33,348 nt of DNA from an uncultured Nitrospiraceae bacterium (GCA_947085205.1 CAMTVO010000029.1:1-33348), one strand, 5' to 3'. Numbered from the stretch's first letter, positions 17,064 to 27,437 are shown. Made by a program: numbers and translations. Notes: generated by a model not told the origin, from the sequence alone.

Positions 17064-17483
17064 TTATTTCGGCACCCAAACCTTTCCTTTATCTATAATA
17101 TGTTCCACGACCCATCCCCTTCTATGGAGTTCCCGTGCCATCCATCTCCTGTGGCACTTCCAAGGAAATTTCTCAGCGCATATTATTACTGCGTTATTAT
17201 GAACAGCATTTTCGAGTTTATCAATCCCCTTCCTGAATTCTTCGGTAGTAGAATAGGCTTCGTATCCGCCTTTTCTGAATCCACCGAGTTCAACACCTAA
17301 AAAGATGTAAGCTATCCCCTCTTTATTTAAAAGGTCTTCGAGATAATCTTTTGTAAATGTCTGTATCTTGCTTGTCGGAAAACGTCTGACATCGACGACT
17401 GTCTTTATGTCATAAAACAGGAGGATCTCTATGAAATCCTCCTCGCTCCTCCTGCTTGTACCAAGTGTGCATATTGTTTTCAA
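17064..17483 (-). CDS. DUF488-family protein
   Basis: TLGTSRRS, VDVRRFPTS, ELGGFR, ICAE, CHRR motifs. Confidence 0.88.
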   Translation of the reverse strand: MKTICTLGTSRRSEEDFIEILLFYDIKTVVDVRRFPTSKIQTFTKDYLEDLLNKEGIAYIFLGVELGGFRKGGYEAYSTTEEFRKGIDKLENAVHNNAVIICAEKFPWKCHRRWMARELHRRGWVVEHIIDKGKVWVPK

Positions 17484-17541
17484 CCAAGTTGCCCAAAATT
17501 AATGTGATTATCACGCATATGTGCTAAAATGCGCTATTAAT

Positions 17542-18768
17542 TTACAGCTTTCTGAAATCTGTCCCTTTTGGAATAACCACTATACCGTTCGGGCTTACGG
17601 GAAACTTCTTTCTGTCTTCACCGATATTGTATCCGATTACTGTCTCCGGAGGTATGTATACATCCTTATCTATGATTGCCCTTTTTATTTTCGAATACCT
17701 TCCTATCTCCACATTTTCCATGAGAATGGATTCTTTGACGGATGTCCAACTGTTTATTCTTACATTTGGAGACAGGATGGAGTTTTGCACCCTTCCTCCA
17801 CTTATTATACATCCATCGCAGACAATGGAATCCAGCGCTATTCCAAGCCTTCCACCTTTTTGTTCCTGTGCAAATACGAATTTGGCAGGCGGGTTCTGGC
17901 ATTGATATGTCCTTATGGGCCAGGCTTTATCGTAGAGGTTTAATAATGGATCGACAGAAACAAGGTCCATATTTGCTTCCCAGTATGCATCTATGGTTCC
18001 CACATCCCTCCAGTATTTTGCCTCTTTTTTGTTTTCGTCTCTGAAGTTGTATGCGAATAGTTTTTTGGATTTAAGCATATCGGGTATTATGTTTTTGCCG
18101 AAATCATGGGCAGTTTCCCTCACTGCATCCAATTTAAGCTCTTCGATTATGGCATCTGTATTAAAAATATATATGCCCATAGAAGCAAGGCACTGCTCAG
18201 GATTGCCGGGTATTGTCTTCGGCTTTTTTGGCTTTTCCTCAAAGCCGGCAATTCTCCAGTCTTCATCGACTTCCATAATTCCGAATGATGACGCTGTCTT
18301 TTTGTCTACCTCTATTGCCGCAACTGTCCCCATAGCGCCCTTTTCTATGTGGAAGGCGAGCATCTCGGAGTAGTCCATCTTATATATGTGGTCTCCAGAT
18401 AAAATGAGTAGATAAGGAGGAGCCTCTTTTTCTACGAAATAGATGTTCTGGTATACTGCATCTGCCGTACCTGTATACCAGCTTTCACTTACCCTCTGCT
18501 GAGGCGGAATGGAAGTGATAAACTCATCCAGTTCAGGATTGAAGAGGTTTTGCCACCCCAGTGCAAGATGTCTGTCAAGGGAGAGTGATTTGTATTGTGT
18601 AATTACCGCTATATTTCTTATATTAGAGTTGATGCAGTTGCTGAGGGTGAAGTCTATAATCCTGTATTTACCCCCGAACGGGACAGCAGGTTTTGCCCTG
18701 TGAATGGTAAGAGGGTGCAGGCGTTCTCCCTTGCCGCCTGCGAGTACAATGGCAAGGACATCTTTCAT
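17542..18768 (-). CDS. glgC: glucose-1-phosphate adenylyltransferase
   Basis: LAGGKGERL, RAKPAVPFGGKYRIIDF, GTADAVYQN, SGDHIYKMDY, ASMGIY, YWRDVGT; start set at MKDV. Confidence 0.96.
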   Translation of the reverse strand: MKDVLAIVLAGGKGERLHPLTIHRAKPAVPFGGKYRIIDFTLSNCINSNIRNIAVITQYKSLSLDRHLALGWQNLFNPELDEFITSIPPQQRVSESWYTGTADAVYQNIYFVEKEAPPYLLILSGDHIYKMDYSEMLAFHIEKGAMGTVAAIEVDKKTASSFGIMEVDEDWRIAGFEEKPKKPKTIPGNPEQCLASMGIYIFNTDAIIEELKLDAVRETAHDFGKNIIPDMLKSKKLFAYNFRDENKKEAKYWRDVGTIDAYWEANMDLVSVDPLLNLYDKAWPIRTYQCQNPPAKFVFAQEQKGGRLGIALDSIVCDGCIISGGRVQNSILSPNVRINSWTSVKESILMENVEIGRYSKIKRAIIDKDVYIPPETVIGYNIGEDRKKFPVSPNGIVVIPKGTDFRKL

Positions 18769-18921
18769 ATCATTTGCTTTCCTGAGCTTTGTCATAATAA
18801 AAAATATAACAGGAAAAGGAATAAGTGTCAACGAAAGTGAATGGAGTAAAAATGACTGGAAAATGGATACAATTCTCTGCTACAATGATAGCCGACTTTT
18901 TTATCCGGGGGTAAAAGAGGT

Positions 18922-19656
18922 ATGAAAGGACATGCAGCAATAATAACAGGCGGAGGCCGCGGTATAGGCAAGGCCATAGCAGAGTCGCTCGCGAGGTCAG
19001 GAGTTAATATTGTGGTTGTGGATGTTAATTTTGATATAGCAAAGGAGGCGGCGGCGGAACTTGAGAATCTGGGCGTAAAAAGCATGGCATTAAAGGCCGA
19101 TGTCTCGAATTCATCTGATGTGAGCAGCATCTTTGAGAATGCCGTTAAAGAATTTGAGAAAGTTGAGATACTTGTCAATAACGCAGGGATTACAAGGGAC
19201 GGCCTTTTGTTGAGAATGAAAGAGGAAGACTGGGACGCAGTGATGAATATCAATTTAAAGGGTACATTCCTCTGCTCAAAAGAAGCTGTTAAGGTCATGT
19301 CCAAACAGCGCTACGGAAGGATTATCAATATTGCTTCTGTGGTGGCATTCATGGGCAATCCCGGGCAGGCTAACTACAGCGCCTCAAAGGCAGGAATAGT
19401 CGGTCTTACAAAGACCATAGCAAAGGAATATGCGAGCAGGGGCATTACTGTTAATGCAGTTGCACCTGGCTTTATTACAACAGCCATGACCGATGCACTT
19501 CCAGAAAATGTAAGGCAGGAGATGTTTAAGGCTATTCCCATGAATAAATTCGGCGCTGTGGAAGATGTCGCCAATGCAGTAGCATTCTTCGCATCACCTG
19601 AATCTGGTTACATAACCGGGCAGGTGATACATGTAAACGGCGGAATGTATATGTAA
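18922..19656 (+). CDS. fabG: 3-oxoacyl-ACP reductase
   Basis: TGGGRGIG, NNAGITRD, YSASK, upstream of acpP. Confidence 0.96.
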   Translation: MKGHAAIITGGGRGIGKAIAESLARSGVNIVVVDVNFDIAKEAAAELENLGVKSMALKADVSNSSDVSSIFENAVKEFEKVEILVNNAGITRDGLLLRMKEEDWDAVMNINLKGTFLCSKEAVKVMSKQRYGRIINIASVVAFMGNPGQANYSASKAGIVGLTKTIAKEYASRGITVNAVAPGFITTAMTDALPENVRQEMFKAIPMNKFGAVEDVANAVAFFASPESGYITGQVIHVNGGMYM

Positions 19657-19730
19657 CCCCAAGTTGAGCGATTTTATGGAGGGCATATATGCCCTCCAGT
19701 TATAACAAAAGAATCGCTCAATTTAGGTGT
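19655..19730. repeat. nested inverted-repeat element (MITE-like) between fabG and acpP
   Basis: Outer IR TTGAGCGATT (19664..19673)/AATCGCTCAA (19712..19721) with imperfect extension; inner perfect 22-bp palindrome TGGAGGGCATATATGCCCTCCA (19677..19698). Confidence 0.75.
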
Positions 19731-19732
19731 AA

Positions 19733-19760
19733 ATAGCTCATAGCTGATAGCTGTCAGCTA
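19733..19760. repeat. heptamer array upstream of acpP
   Basis: ATAGCTC-ATAGCTG-ATAGCTG-TCAGCTA. Confidence 0.8.
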
Positions 19761-19783
19761 AAATTTTATGATGGAGGTAAGTA

Positions 19784-20014
19784 ATGGTAGATGAAAAAGT
19801 GAAGGAGATTATAGCAAAGCAGCTCGGAGTTGACCAGTCAGAGGTAACACCCGATGCGTCATTTGTGGAAGACCTTGGCGCAGATTCTCTGGATACAGTC
19901 GAGCTGGTAATGGCATTCGAAGAGGCATTCAATATCGAGATACCGGATGAGGATGCAGAAAAGATTGGAAAGGTCAAAGACGCAATAGATTACATCAAAA
20001 ATAAAGTAGGATGA
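19784..20014 (+). CDS. acpP: acyl carrier protein
   Basis: [26 protein letters not shown]. Confidence 0.97.
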   Translation: MVDEKVKEIIAKQLGVDQSEVTPDASFVEDLGADSLDTVELVMAFEEAFNIEIPDEDAEKIGKVKDAIDYIKNKVG

Positions 20015-21261
20015 TAGAAAAAAGAAGAGTAGTCGTTACAGGATTGGGACTTGTTACCCCCCTCGGCATCGGCGTAGAGGCGTCATGGAAGGCTGCTCTC
20101 GCGGGCAAGTCAGGAATAGGGAATATCACGCAGTTTGATACCTCTCAGTTTCCGGTGCGCATTGCCGGAGAAGTCAAGGATTTCGACCCTGCTCCATACA
20201 TCGAGGCAAAAGAGATAAAGAAGATGGACAGGTTTATCCATTTTGCAATGGCTGCTGCCACGATGGCTGTGGAAGATTCCGGACTTAAGATTACCGATGA
20301 AAATGCCGAGAGTGTTGGAGTGATTATCGGAGCAGGCATGGGAGGACTGCCTGCAATCGAGCATTATCACAAGATATATCTTGAAAAAGGATACAGGAGG
20401 ATATCTCCCTTCTTTATCCCCATGCTCATAATCAACCTTGCATCAGGGAATGTCTCCATAAAATTTGGTGCAAAGGGGCCTAATTCCGCTGCTGTTACTG
20501 CATGCGCTACAGGAAGCCATTCCATCGGCGATTCCTTTAAGATAATTCAGCGCGGAGACGCTGATGCAATGATTGCAGGCGGAACAGAGTCTGTCATAAC
20601 ACCCCTCGGAGTCGGCGGTTTTGCCGTTATGAAGGCGCTCTCCACACGCAATGACGAGCCGGAAAAGGCGAGCAGGCCTTTTGATGCTGAAAGGGACGGC
20701 TTTGTCATGGGCGAAGGCTCAGGGGTGATAATACTCGAAAGCCTTGACAGCGCGCTTAAAAGAGGGGCTAAGATATATGCAGAGATTATAGGCTACGGCA
20801 TGTCCAGCGACGCCTACCATATTACAACACCTGCGCCTGAAGGCGAGGGAGCTGCGAGGTGCATGAAGGCATCCTTAAAGGATGCCGGGATTGAGCCGCA
20901 GAAGGTCAATTATATAAATGCCCACGGCACATCTACGAAATACGGAGACGAGCTTGAGACCGCTGCAATCAAGACAGTATTCGGCGAGCATGCATATAAA
21001 CTCTGCGTAAGCTCTACAAAATCCATGACAGGCCACCTCCTTGGCGCTGCCGGAGGAGTGGAGGCTGTTTTTTCAATACTCAGCATCTGCAGCAGCATGG
21101 CGCCTCCTACAATAAATCTCGAAAAACCTGACCCCGAATGCGACCTCGACTATGCCCCAAACAAGGCAAAGCAAATGGATGTCGAGTATGCAATGTCCAA
21201 TTCATTCGGTTTTGGTGGAACAAATGCCTGTCTCCTTTTCAAAAAATACCAAGGAGCTTGA
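20011..21261 (+). CDS. fabF: beta-ketoacyl-ACP synthase II
   Basis: [34 protein letters not shown]. Confidence 0.97.
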   Translation: MIEKRRVVVTGLGLVTPLGIGVEASWKAALAGKSGIGNITQFDTSQFPVRIAGEVKDFDPAPYIEAKEIKKMDRFIHFAMAAATMAVEDSGLKITDENAESVGVIIGAGMGGLPAIEHYHKIYLEKGYRRISPFFIPMLIINLASGNVSIKFGAKGPNSAAVTACATGSHSIGDSFKIIQRGDADAMIAGGTESVITPLGVGGFAVMKALSTRNDEPEKASRPFDAERDGFVMGEGSGVIILESLDSALKRGAKIYAEIIGYGMSSDAYHITTPAPEGEGAARCMKASLKDAGIEPQKVNYINAHGTSTKYGDELETAAIKTVFGEHAYKLCVSSTKSMTGHLLGAAGGVEAVFSILSICSSMAPPTINLEKPDPECDLDYAPNKAKQMDVEYAMSNSFGFGGTNACLLFKKYQGA

Positions 21262-21931
21262 GACCTCGTTAGGCTATCAGTTTAAGAATTCAAAGTTACT
21301 GATAGATGCGCTTACACACAAGTCATACCACCACGAAAAACCTGATGAGTCCTTAAACTACAATGAAAGACTGGAATTCCTTGGAGATTCGGTTTTAGGT
21401 CTTGTAATAGCCGAAGCCCTTTTTATTAACGAAACTCCTCTTACAGAAGCAGATATGTCAAAGATGAAATCGTACCTTGTGAAGGAGTCCGTACTTTTTG
21501 ATACAGCATCAAGGCTCTCGCTCGGAAAATGTCTGAGGCTCGGCAGAGGCGAGGAATCTACAGGCGGAAGACAAAAGAAATCGATTCTATCCGATGCTGT
21601 AGAAGCTTTATTCGGAGCCATATTCTTAGACAGTAATTATGAGACTGCAAAGTCTGTGATACTGAGGCTTTTCAGCGATAAGATTGACAGCATAATCTCT
21701 AAAAAAGAAGGGCATGACTTCAAGAGCGAATTGCAGGAAAAAAGCCAGAGCATGTTCGGCATTCTTCCTGAATACAGAATTGTCAAACAGGAAGGCGAAG
21801 AACACAAGAAGGTTTTTACTGTCGATGTTTACATAAACGGACAGTTATGCGGAAGCGGTATCGGAAAAAGCAAGAAGGATGCGCAGATGAATGCCGCAAA
21901 AGAGGCTTTGGAAAAATTAGTGGATGAATAA
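21224..21931 (+). CDS. rnc: ribonuclease III
   Basis: [32 protein letters not shown]-terminal dsRBD; start set at MPVS, overlapping the fabF end. Confidence 0.95.
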   Translation: MPVSFSKNTKELETSLGYQFKNSKLLIDALTHKSYHHEKPDESLNYNERLEFLGDSVLGLVIAEALFINETPLTEADMSKMKSYLVKESVLFDTASRLSLGKCLRLGRGEESTGGRQKKSILSDAVEALFGAIFLDSNYETAKSVILRLFSDKIDSIISKKEGHDFKSELQEKSQSMFGILPEYRIVKQEGEEHKKVFTVDVYINGQLCGSGIGKSKKDAQMNAAKEALEKLVDE

Positions 21932-23150
21932 AAAAATCCTTTCATGGTGTCTTTTTGATTTTGCCAATTCGAGCTATTCTGCTGTCATCGCTGCAGTAAT
22001 CTTTCCTGTCTATTATGTCAATGAAATAGTTGGTAATGAATCAGGGCTTGGCGACCGCTGGTGGGGAAGGGCGATTGCATTTAGCATGGCAATTGTGGCT
22101 GTTAGTTCACCTTTTCTCGGCGGGATAGCAGATTATGCAAGGATAAGAAAGAGACTGCTCATCTTTTATACCTTTCTCTGCATCTCGTCTGTAGTCTCTT
22201 TTTATTTTCTTCAAAAAGGAATGATTATCGAGGGATTTTTGCTTATTGTCCTTGCCAATATCGGAATGGAGGGCGGTCTTGTATTTTACAATTCTTTTTT
22301 GCCTGGGATTACAAAAACAACCCATCAGGGAAGGGTTTCTGCATGGGGTTACGGGATAGGCTACGCTGGCTCGATAGTTTCTTTAATACTGGCTTTGCTT
22401 CTGATAAAAAAGGGGTTCATAACCATGACATGGCCTATGATTGCTTTGTTTTTCGGAATATTTTCCCTGCCTGCATTTTTATTTCTGCCACAGGATAATC
22501 CCGAAAAGATAAAAATGTCACAGGCTGCTGTTAATGGTTTTAATCAGACATGGGAGAGATTGAAAAAAATATGGTCAAACAAAGAGCAGAGGAAGTTTTT
22601 ATTGGCATATTTTATATACGAGGACGGTGTTAATACTGTCATAGTATTTTCAAGCATATTCGCTGCGATGACCCTCAAATTTAAACCGGAAGAATTGATA
22701 GGCATGTATCTTATTGTTCAGGCCGCTGCGCTTATTGGAGCTTTCCTAATGGCTAAACCAATAGATTACTGGGGGCCAAAGAAAGTTGTCATTTTATCTT
22801 TAAGTATGTGGATTGTTGTGTCCATTGCAACATTTTTTGTTCAAAATAAAAGCCATTTCTTTGTCATTGCATCCATAGCTGGATTAGGTCTTGGAACGGT
22901 GCAGGCAGCTTCAAGGGCATTTTATATGCAGTTTATTCCCAAGGGTCAGGAGTCGGAATATTTTGGAGTTTATTCCCTTGTGGGCAAATCATCAGCCATT
23001 TTGGGACCTCTTGTATTCGGCTATTTATCTATAACATTCGGAAGTCAGAGGCCGGCGGTATTGTCAGTGGCATTATTCTTTCTTGTGGGATTGATTATTG
23101 TTTGGACTGTAAAAGGCGGAAGGCCGAATGTATCAATGCGTGCTAATTAA
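21924..23150 (+). CDS. MFS transporter (UMF1/ATG22-like)
   Basis: SWCLFDFANS, FYNSFLP, GYGIGYAG, about 12 TM segments. Confidence 0.85.
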   Translation: MNKKILSWCLFDFANSSYSAVIAAVIFPVYYVNEIVGNESGLGDRWWGRAIAFSMAIVAVSSPFLGGIADYARIRKRLLIFYTFLCISSVVSFYFLQKGMIIEGFLLIVLANIGMEGGLVFYNSFLPGITKTTHQGRVSAWGYGIGYAGSIVSLILALLLIKKGFITMTWPMIALFFGIFSLPAFLFLPQDNPEKIKMSQAAVNGFNQTWERLKKIWSNKEQRKFLLAYFIYEDGVNTVIVFSSIFAAMTLKFKPEELIGMYLIVQAAALIGAFLMAKPIDYWGPKKVVILSLSMWIVVSIATFFVQNKSHFFVIASIAGLGLGTVQAASRAFYMQFIPKGQESEYFGVYSLVGKSSAILGPLVFGYLSITFGSQRPAVLSVALFFLVGLIIVWTVKGGRPNVSMRAN

Positions 23151-24494
23151 TTTTGCTATCTCTTTTGCAAAATCAGCGAGCGTCTCATCCCTTGCGCCGA
23201 AAATTACGTAGTTATTCCTCCCATTCAGACTATTTAAAACTACTTCTCTACTATCTATAACTTCAACAGATTTGCCTTTAGATCTAACGCCGTCTGCAAG
23301 GTCTCGGCTTGATATGTCATTGCTGACAGTGCCGCCTGCATAGAATATTGGTAACAGTATTAGGTGGTCAGAGTCACGGAGATTTTCTGCAAAGACATGG
23401 ATGTATTCATTCTTCATCATTCTTGTCGGAGCAAACCCATGGGGTTGGAATATGCAGCAGACCCTTTCCTTGATTTTGCTCACTGTCTGCATAAGAGACG
23501 AGATTTTGTGTGGATTGTGCGCATAGTCGTCTATCACAAGATTTTTCCCGTTATTCAAATGAATGTCGAACCGTCTTTCGATTCCATTGAATTCAGGCAA
23601 TACATTTGCAATATCTTTTAAAGGTATTCCCATCTCTGACAGCATAGCTATGCATGAAAGGGTGTTGTAGAGATTATATTTTCCGGGAACGGAGAGGCTG
23701 AACTTAGCATTGTTTATTGAAAAATCTGTTCCGAACGGCTTATAGACAATATTGTCAGCCCTGTATTTTGATGGATTGTCTATGGAAAAGGTGATAAAGT
23801 TTTCAATGTTAATTCCCATGAGATTGCTGTCATCACCATTTGCGATAATCTTGCCCGATGTATTTTTTACGAGTATTTCGAACATTCCGGCAGTTTTTTC
23901 CATTGAGTGATGGTCCAAGTCGAGGTTTAAGATTATTGAATGTTCCGGTTTGTAATTTACGATTGTCCCGTCAGACTCGCATGCCTCGATGACGAGAAGA
24001 TTTGAATTGCCTGCGATAGAATTTCCGGGATTCGATTTTGTCTTAAACTGCTTGACCCTGCCTCCGCCGATAAAATTCGGCTTTAATCCGAGTCTCTGCA
24101 TCAGGAATGCGAGTATCCCCGATGTTGTTGATTTGCCGCTTGTGCCTGCAACGGCGATTGTCTTAAAGTCCAGAACTATTTCAGCAAGGTATTCAGGCCT
24201 CATTTTTACGGGTATCCCAAGAGACTTTGCCTTTAAAAACTCCGGTTGGTCATGTTCAACTGCAGTGCTGAAGACAGCGAAGTCAAAAGAACTGTCAATT
24301 CCATTACCATCTTGTGATACAATGTTGACGCCCTTTGATTTTAATAATCCATAGACAGGATGATTTGGATTTTTATCAAATGCCCTGTCGGAGCCGACAA
24401 TAGTATGGCCTTTATCAGCCATGAAGCCTGCAATTGCAGAAACACCGCTCCCGCCTATGCCTGAGAAGAATATTTTCAATGGTCTATGGGTCAT
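23133..24494 (-). CDS. MurC/Mpl-like Mur ligase family protein
   Basis: GIGGSGVS, AGTSGKSTT, EACESDG, LDHH, DDYAHNP, FQPH; not in a dcw cluster; start set at MTHR. Confidence 0.85.
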   Translation of the reverse strand: MTHRPLKIFFSGIGGSGVSAIAGFMADKGHTIVGSDRAFDKNPNHPVYGLLKSKGVNIVSQDGNGIDSSFDFAVFSTAVEHDQPEFLKAKSLGIPVKMRPEYLAEIVLDFKTIAVAGTSGKSTTSGILAFLMQRLGLKPNFIGGGRVKQFKTKSNPGNSIAGNSNLLVIEACESDGTIVNYKPEHSIILNLDLDHHSMEKTAGMFEILVKNTSGKIIANGDDSNLMGINIENFITFSIDNPSKYRADNIVYKPFGTDFSINNAKFSLSVPGKYNLYNTLSCIAMLSEMGIPLKDIANVLPEFNGIERRFDIHLNNGKNLVIDDYAHNPHKISSLMQTVSKIKERVCCIFQPHGFAPTRMMKNEYIHVFAENLRDSDHLILLPIFYAGGTVSNDISSRDLADGVRSKGKSVEVIDSREVVLNSLNGRNNYVIFGARDETLADFAKEIAKLISTH

Positions 24495-24519
24495 ATCCAA
24501 AATGTTACAATATATTACC

Positions 24520-26241
24520 ATGTTCGGATATACAGGAAAAAGCATCAATATCAATCTGACCATAAAAGAAATCCTAATTTATAAGACCCCTGAGGAATTA
24601 TGTAATGAATACCTCGGCGGCAGGGGCATGGGCGTGGCGATGATTGCCGATAAAATTACCAATAATTATGACTCCCCTGAAATGCCTCTAATCTTTGCCA
24701 CCGGCCCGATCGTAGGCACTGCTGCGCCGACATCAGGAAGAATGTCTGTAATATCCCGCTCTCCATTGACAGGAACGGTATTTGACTGCTCTGTTGGCGG
24801 AAGATTCGGCACAGAACTGAAAAAGGCTGGATATGATTTTATCAAGATAACAGGCATCTCGGACAGATGGGTAACTTTGACCATCGAAAACAATCGCATT
24901 ACTCTTGAGGAGGCGCATAGTTTAGTTGGTAAAAATACATCAGAGATAAAAGGCATTTTCGATAAGGAAGGCTCATATGCTGCAATAGGCAGAGCAGGCG
25001 AAAAACAGGTCAGATTTGCATCCATTGTTTTTGACGGCCATTACTGCGCAGGAAGGGGCGGTCTCGGCGCAGTGATGGGTGCAAAGAGACTGAAGGCTAT
25101 AAAAGTGAAGGGCGACGGAAAAGTATCTGTTGCTGATGCTGAAGGTCTCAAGCATGCCCGTGAGGAGATAATGAGGCTTTTAAGGGCGTCACAGGCGGTA
25201 TTTGGCGAACTCGGTCTTTCGGAATTCGGAACTGCAGCCCTTGTGGACTTGATTCATGCAAGGAGGATGGAGCCGACGGATAATTTCAGAAGCACATTGT
25301 TCCAAAACGCATCTAATTATTCAGGCTATAACATGAAGACGCATTATAAGGCAAAAAAGGCCGGATGCGCAGGATGTCCGATTCTTTGCAAGAAAATAGG
25401 CTCTGGAGGTGAAGTCATTCCAGAGTTCGAGACAGTATCGCATTTCGGAGCGCTTAACGGATGCGGCGATATGCAAAGCATTGTTGAGGCAAACAGGATA
25501 TGCAATGAATACGGTATTGATACAATAACCGCTGCATCAACAATTGCCTGTTATGCGGAAATAAATTCAAGAAAATTATCTCCTGAAGAAATGCTCAAAT
25601 TACTTGTAAGTATCGGCAATAGAGAAGATGGCATAGGAGACGCCCTTGCAGAAGGTTCATTAAGATATGCATCGTCAATGGGTCATCCTGAATTGAGCAT
25701 GTCTGTTAAAGGCCTTGAGCTTCCCGCATACGACCCGAGAGGCGCATACGGCATGGCATTGGCGTATGCGACATCAAACAGGGGAGGATGCCATCTGAGG
25801 GCATATCCCATAAGCCACGAAATATTGAGAAAACCTGTTTCAACCGACAGGTTTTCATTTGAAGGAAAGGCGAGAGTAATAAAGATTGCAGAAGACCTCA
25901 ATGCAGTGATAGATTCCCTCACTGCCTGCAAATTTGTGTTTTTTGCCGCAAGCCTTGAGGAGTATGCAAAGGCGATTAATGCGGTGACAGGAAAGAATTA
26001 TGATGTGCAGTCATTGCTCAAGATAGGCGAAAAGATATGGAACTTAGAAAGGCGTTTGAATGAGCTGAATGGCTTTAATGAGTCGCAGGATGATCTTCCA
26101 GAGAGGTTTTTTAAAGAGGAAGGCTCATCGAGCAGTAATATAAAAATACTTTCAATCGAGAGGGATGAATTTTTAAGGGCAAGAGATAATTATTATCGCA
26201 TAAGGGGATATAGTGGAGCATCTGATAGGCAAATACCTTAA
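24520..26241 (+). CDS. aor: tungsten/molybdenum aldehyde:ferredoxin oxidoreductase family protein
   Basis: YLGGRG, SRSPLTG, GRGGLGAVMGAK, GCAGCPILC, PEFET, GIDTI, YDPRG, NRGGCH; start set at MFGYTG. Confidence 0.9.
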   Translation: MFGYTGKSININLTIKEILIYKTPEELCNEYLGGRGMGVAMIADKITNNYDSPEMPLIFATGPIVGTAAPTSGRMSVISRSPLTGTVFDCSVGGRFGTELKKAGYDFIKITGISDRWVTLTIENNRITLEEAHSLVGKNTSEIKGIFDKEGSYAAIGRAGEKQVRFASIVFDGHYCAGRGGLGAVMGAKRLKAIKVKGDGKVSVADAEGLKHAREEIMRLLRASQAVFGELGLSEFGTAALVDLIHARRMEPTDNFRSTLFQNASNYSGYNMKTHYKAKKAGCAGCPILCKKIGSGGEVIPEFETVSHFGALNGCGDMQSIVEANRICNEYGIDTITAASTIACYAEINSRKLSPEEMLKLLVSIGNREDGIGDALAEGSLRYASSMGHPELSMSVKGLELPAYDPRGAYGMALAYATSNRGGCHLRAYPISHEILRKPVSTDRFSFEGKARVIKIAEDLNAVIDSLTACKFVFFAASLEEYAKAINAVTGKNYDVQSLLKIGEKIWNLERRLNELNGFNESQDDLPERFFKEEGSSSSNIKILSIERDEFLRARDNYYRIRGYSGASDRQIP

Positions 26242-27433
26242 TAAACTCCAATCGCAGGGACTTGCGGATAAGGACAAGGCGGTATTTCTTGCACTTGACG
26301 CAGAGTTATTTTCAAACAAACCAATTACTAACGATGTTTTGCAATTGAGCAAAGTCTTCGAACTCATGAATATCAATACCATCCTGTTTTCAGAACCATC
26401 TGAGCCGTACAGGAGCATTTTAAATGAGCTCGTCAGCGGTCAGTGGTCAGTGGTCAGCGGTCAAGAAGGGGACGGTATAGAAAAGATCATTCCAATGGAC
26501 TGCGAGACGAGGACATTCTTTCATGACATCCCTGTAATAAGCGATTTTTCCCCTAATGCGATAGCTGAAGCGCTCTCGCACAGGAAATCCGTAATCGTAA
26601 AGGACTGGGGCATTGTGACTTACGGCGTAGTAACCCCTGAGCAGGCATTTGTTTCATTCAGTTCCACATGTTTTTCGACATTCGTCAAATATTTCTACGA
26701 CAGCCTCATATATTTTGAAAATTGTTATGCAGAAGGGACAGCGCCCGACAATACTTATATAAGCAATTTCAATAAAATAATTCATAGCCCTCAGCCCTCA
26801 GCCCCCAGCCTTCAGCCTTTAACTGCAAAAGCTTCTGAGAATGAGGATGATGTAATTAAAATGCTTTCAGAGGCAGGAAGGGCTGTTGTGGAATACCGCC
26901 TTGTGGATTCATATTTTGGAAACATATCGTATGTTTTTGACAATAAAATTTACATAAGCCAGACAGGAAGCTCTATGGATGAACTTGAATGCTGCATAGA
27001 TGCAGTTCCGCTTGATGGCTCCTCATCAGTGGGAATAACTGCATCGTCAGAATTGTCTGCACACAAGAATATTTATCTAAAAACCGGCCATAATGCTATC
27101 TTACATGGACATCCAAAGTTCTCTGTGATAATGTCGATGCATTGCCTCAAGGAAGGATGCGACAAGAGTCTCTGCCATAAGACATGCAAAGAAAAGCGTT
27201 ATGTTGCAGGAGTTCCGGTTGTTTCCGGAGAGATAGGCACAGGCCCTACAGGCTTGATGCATACGGTTCCTTCCGCGATGAAAGAGGGGAAGGGCGCAAT
27301 TGTTTACGGCCACGGTGTTTTTACATCGGGAAAGGATAATTTTCAAAAACCTTTTGAGATGCTCATGGATATTGAGAATAGGTGCAGGGAAGGGTATCTC
27401 GAAAAGCTAAGCGAATATGGAGTATTGGAGTGA
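26213..27433 (+). CDS. class II aldolase/adducin family protein, two-domain
   Basis: C-terminal GNIS, SSELSAH, HGHP, HGVF; overlaps the aor stop. Confidence 0.82.
   Translation: MEHLIGKYLNKLQSQGLADKDKAVFLALDAELFSNKPITNDVLQLSKVFELMNINTILFSEPSEPYRSILNELVSGQWSVVSGQEGDGIEKIIPMDCETRTFFHDIPVISDFSPNAIAEALSHRKSVIVKDWGIVTYGVVTPEQAFVSFSSTCFSTFVKYFYDSLIYFENCYAEGTAPDNTYISNFNKIIHSPQPSAPSLQPLTAKASENEDDVIKMLSEAGRAVVEYRLVDSYFGNISYVFDNKIYISQTGSSMDELECCIDAVPLDGSSSVGITASSELSAHKNIYLKTGHNAILHGHPKFSVIMSMHCLKEGCDKSLCHKTCKEKRYVAGVPVVSGEIGTGPTGLMHTVPSAMKEGKGAIVYGHGVFTSGKDNFQKPFEMLMDIENRCREGYLEKLSEYGVLE
26432..26463. repeat. heptamer array in frame within aldolase
   Basis: GTCAGCG-GTCAGTG-GTCAGTG-GTCAGCG-GTCA; encodes VSGQWSVVSGQ. 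Confidence 0.92.
26786..26820. repeat. heptamer array in frame within aldolase linker
   Basis: AGCCCTC-AGCCCTC-AGCCCCC-AGCCTTC-AGCCTTT; encodes SPQPSAPSLQP. Confidence 0.9.
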
Positions 27434-27437
27434 TGGA
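27418..27437. repeat. short octamer array containing the aldolase stop codon
   Basis: TGGAGTAT-TGGAGTGA-TGGA. Confidence 0.6.

Noticed and set aside
24421..24563. Apparent 5' overlap of aor and the Mur ligase in the ORF track
   Set aside because: Artefact of longest-ORF starts; family-typical N-termini begin at 24520 and 24494.
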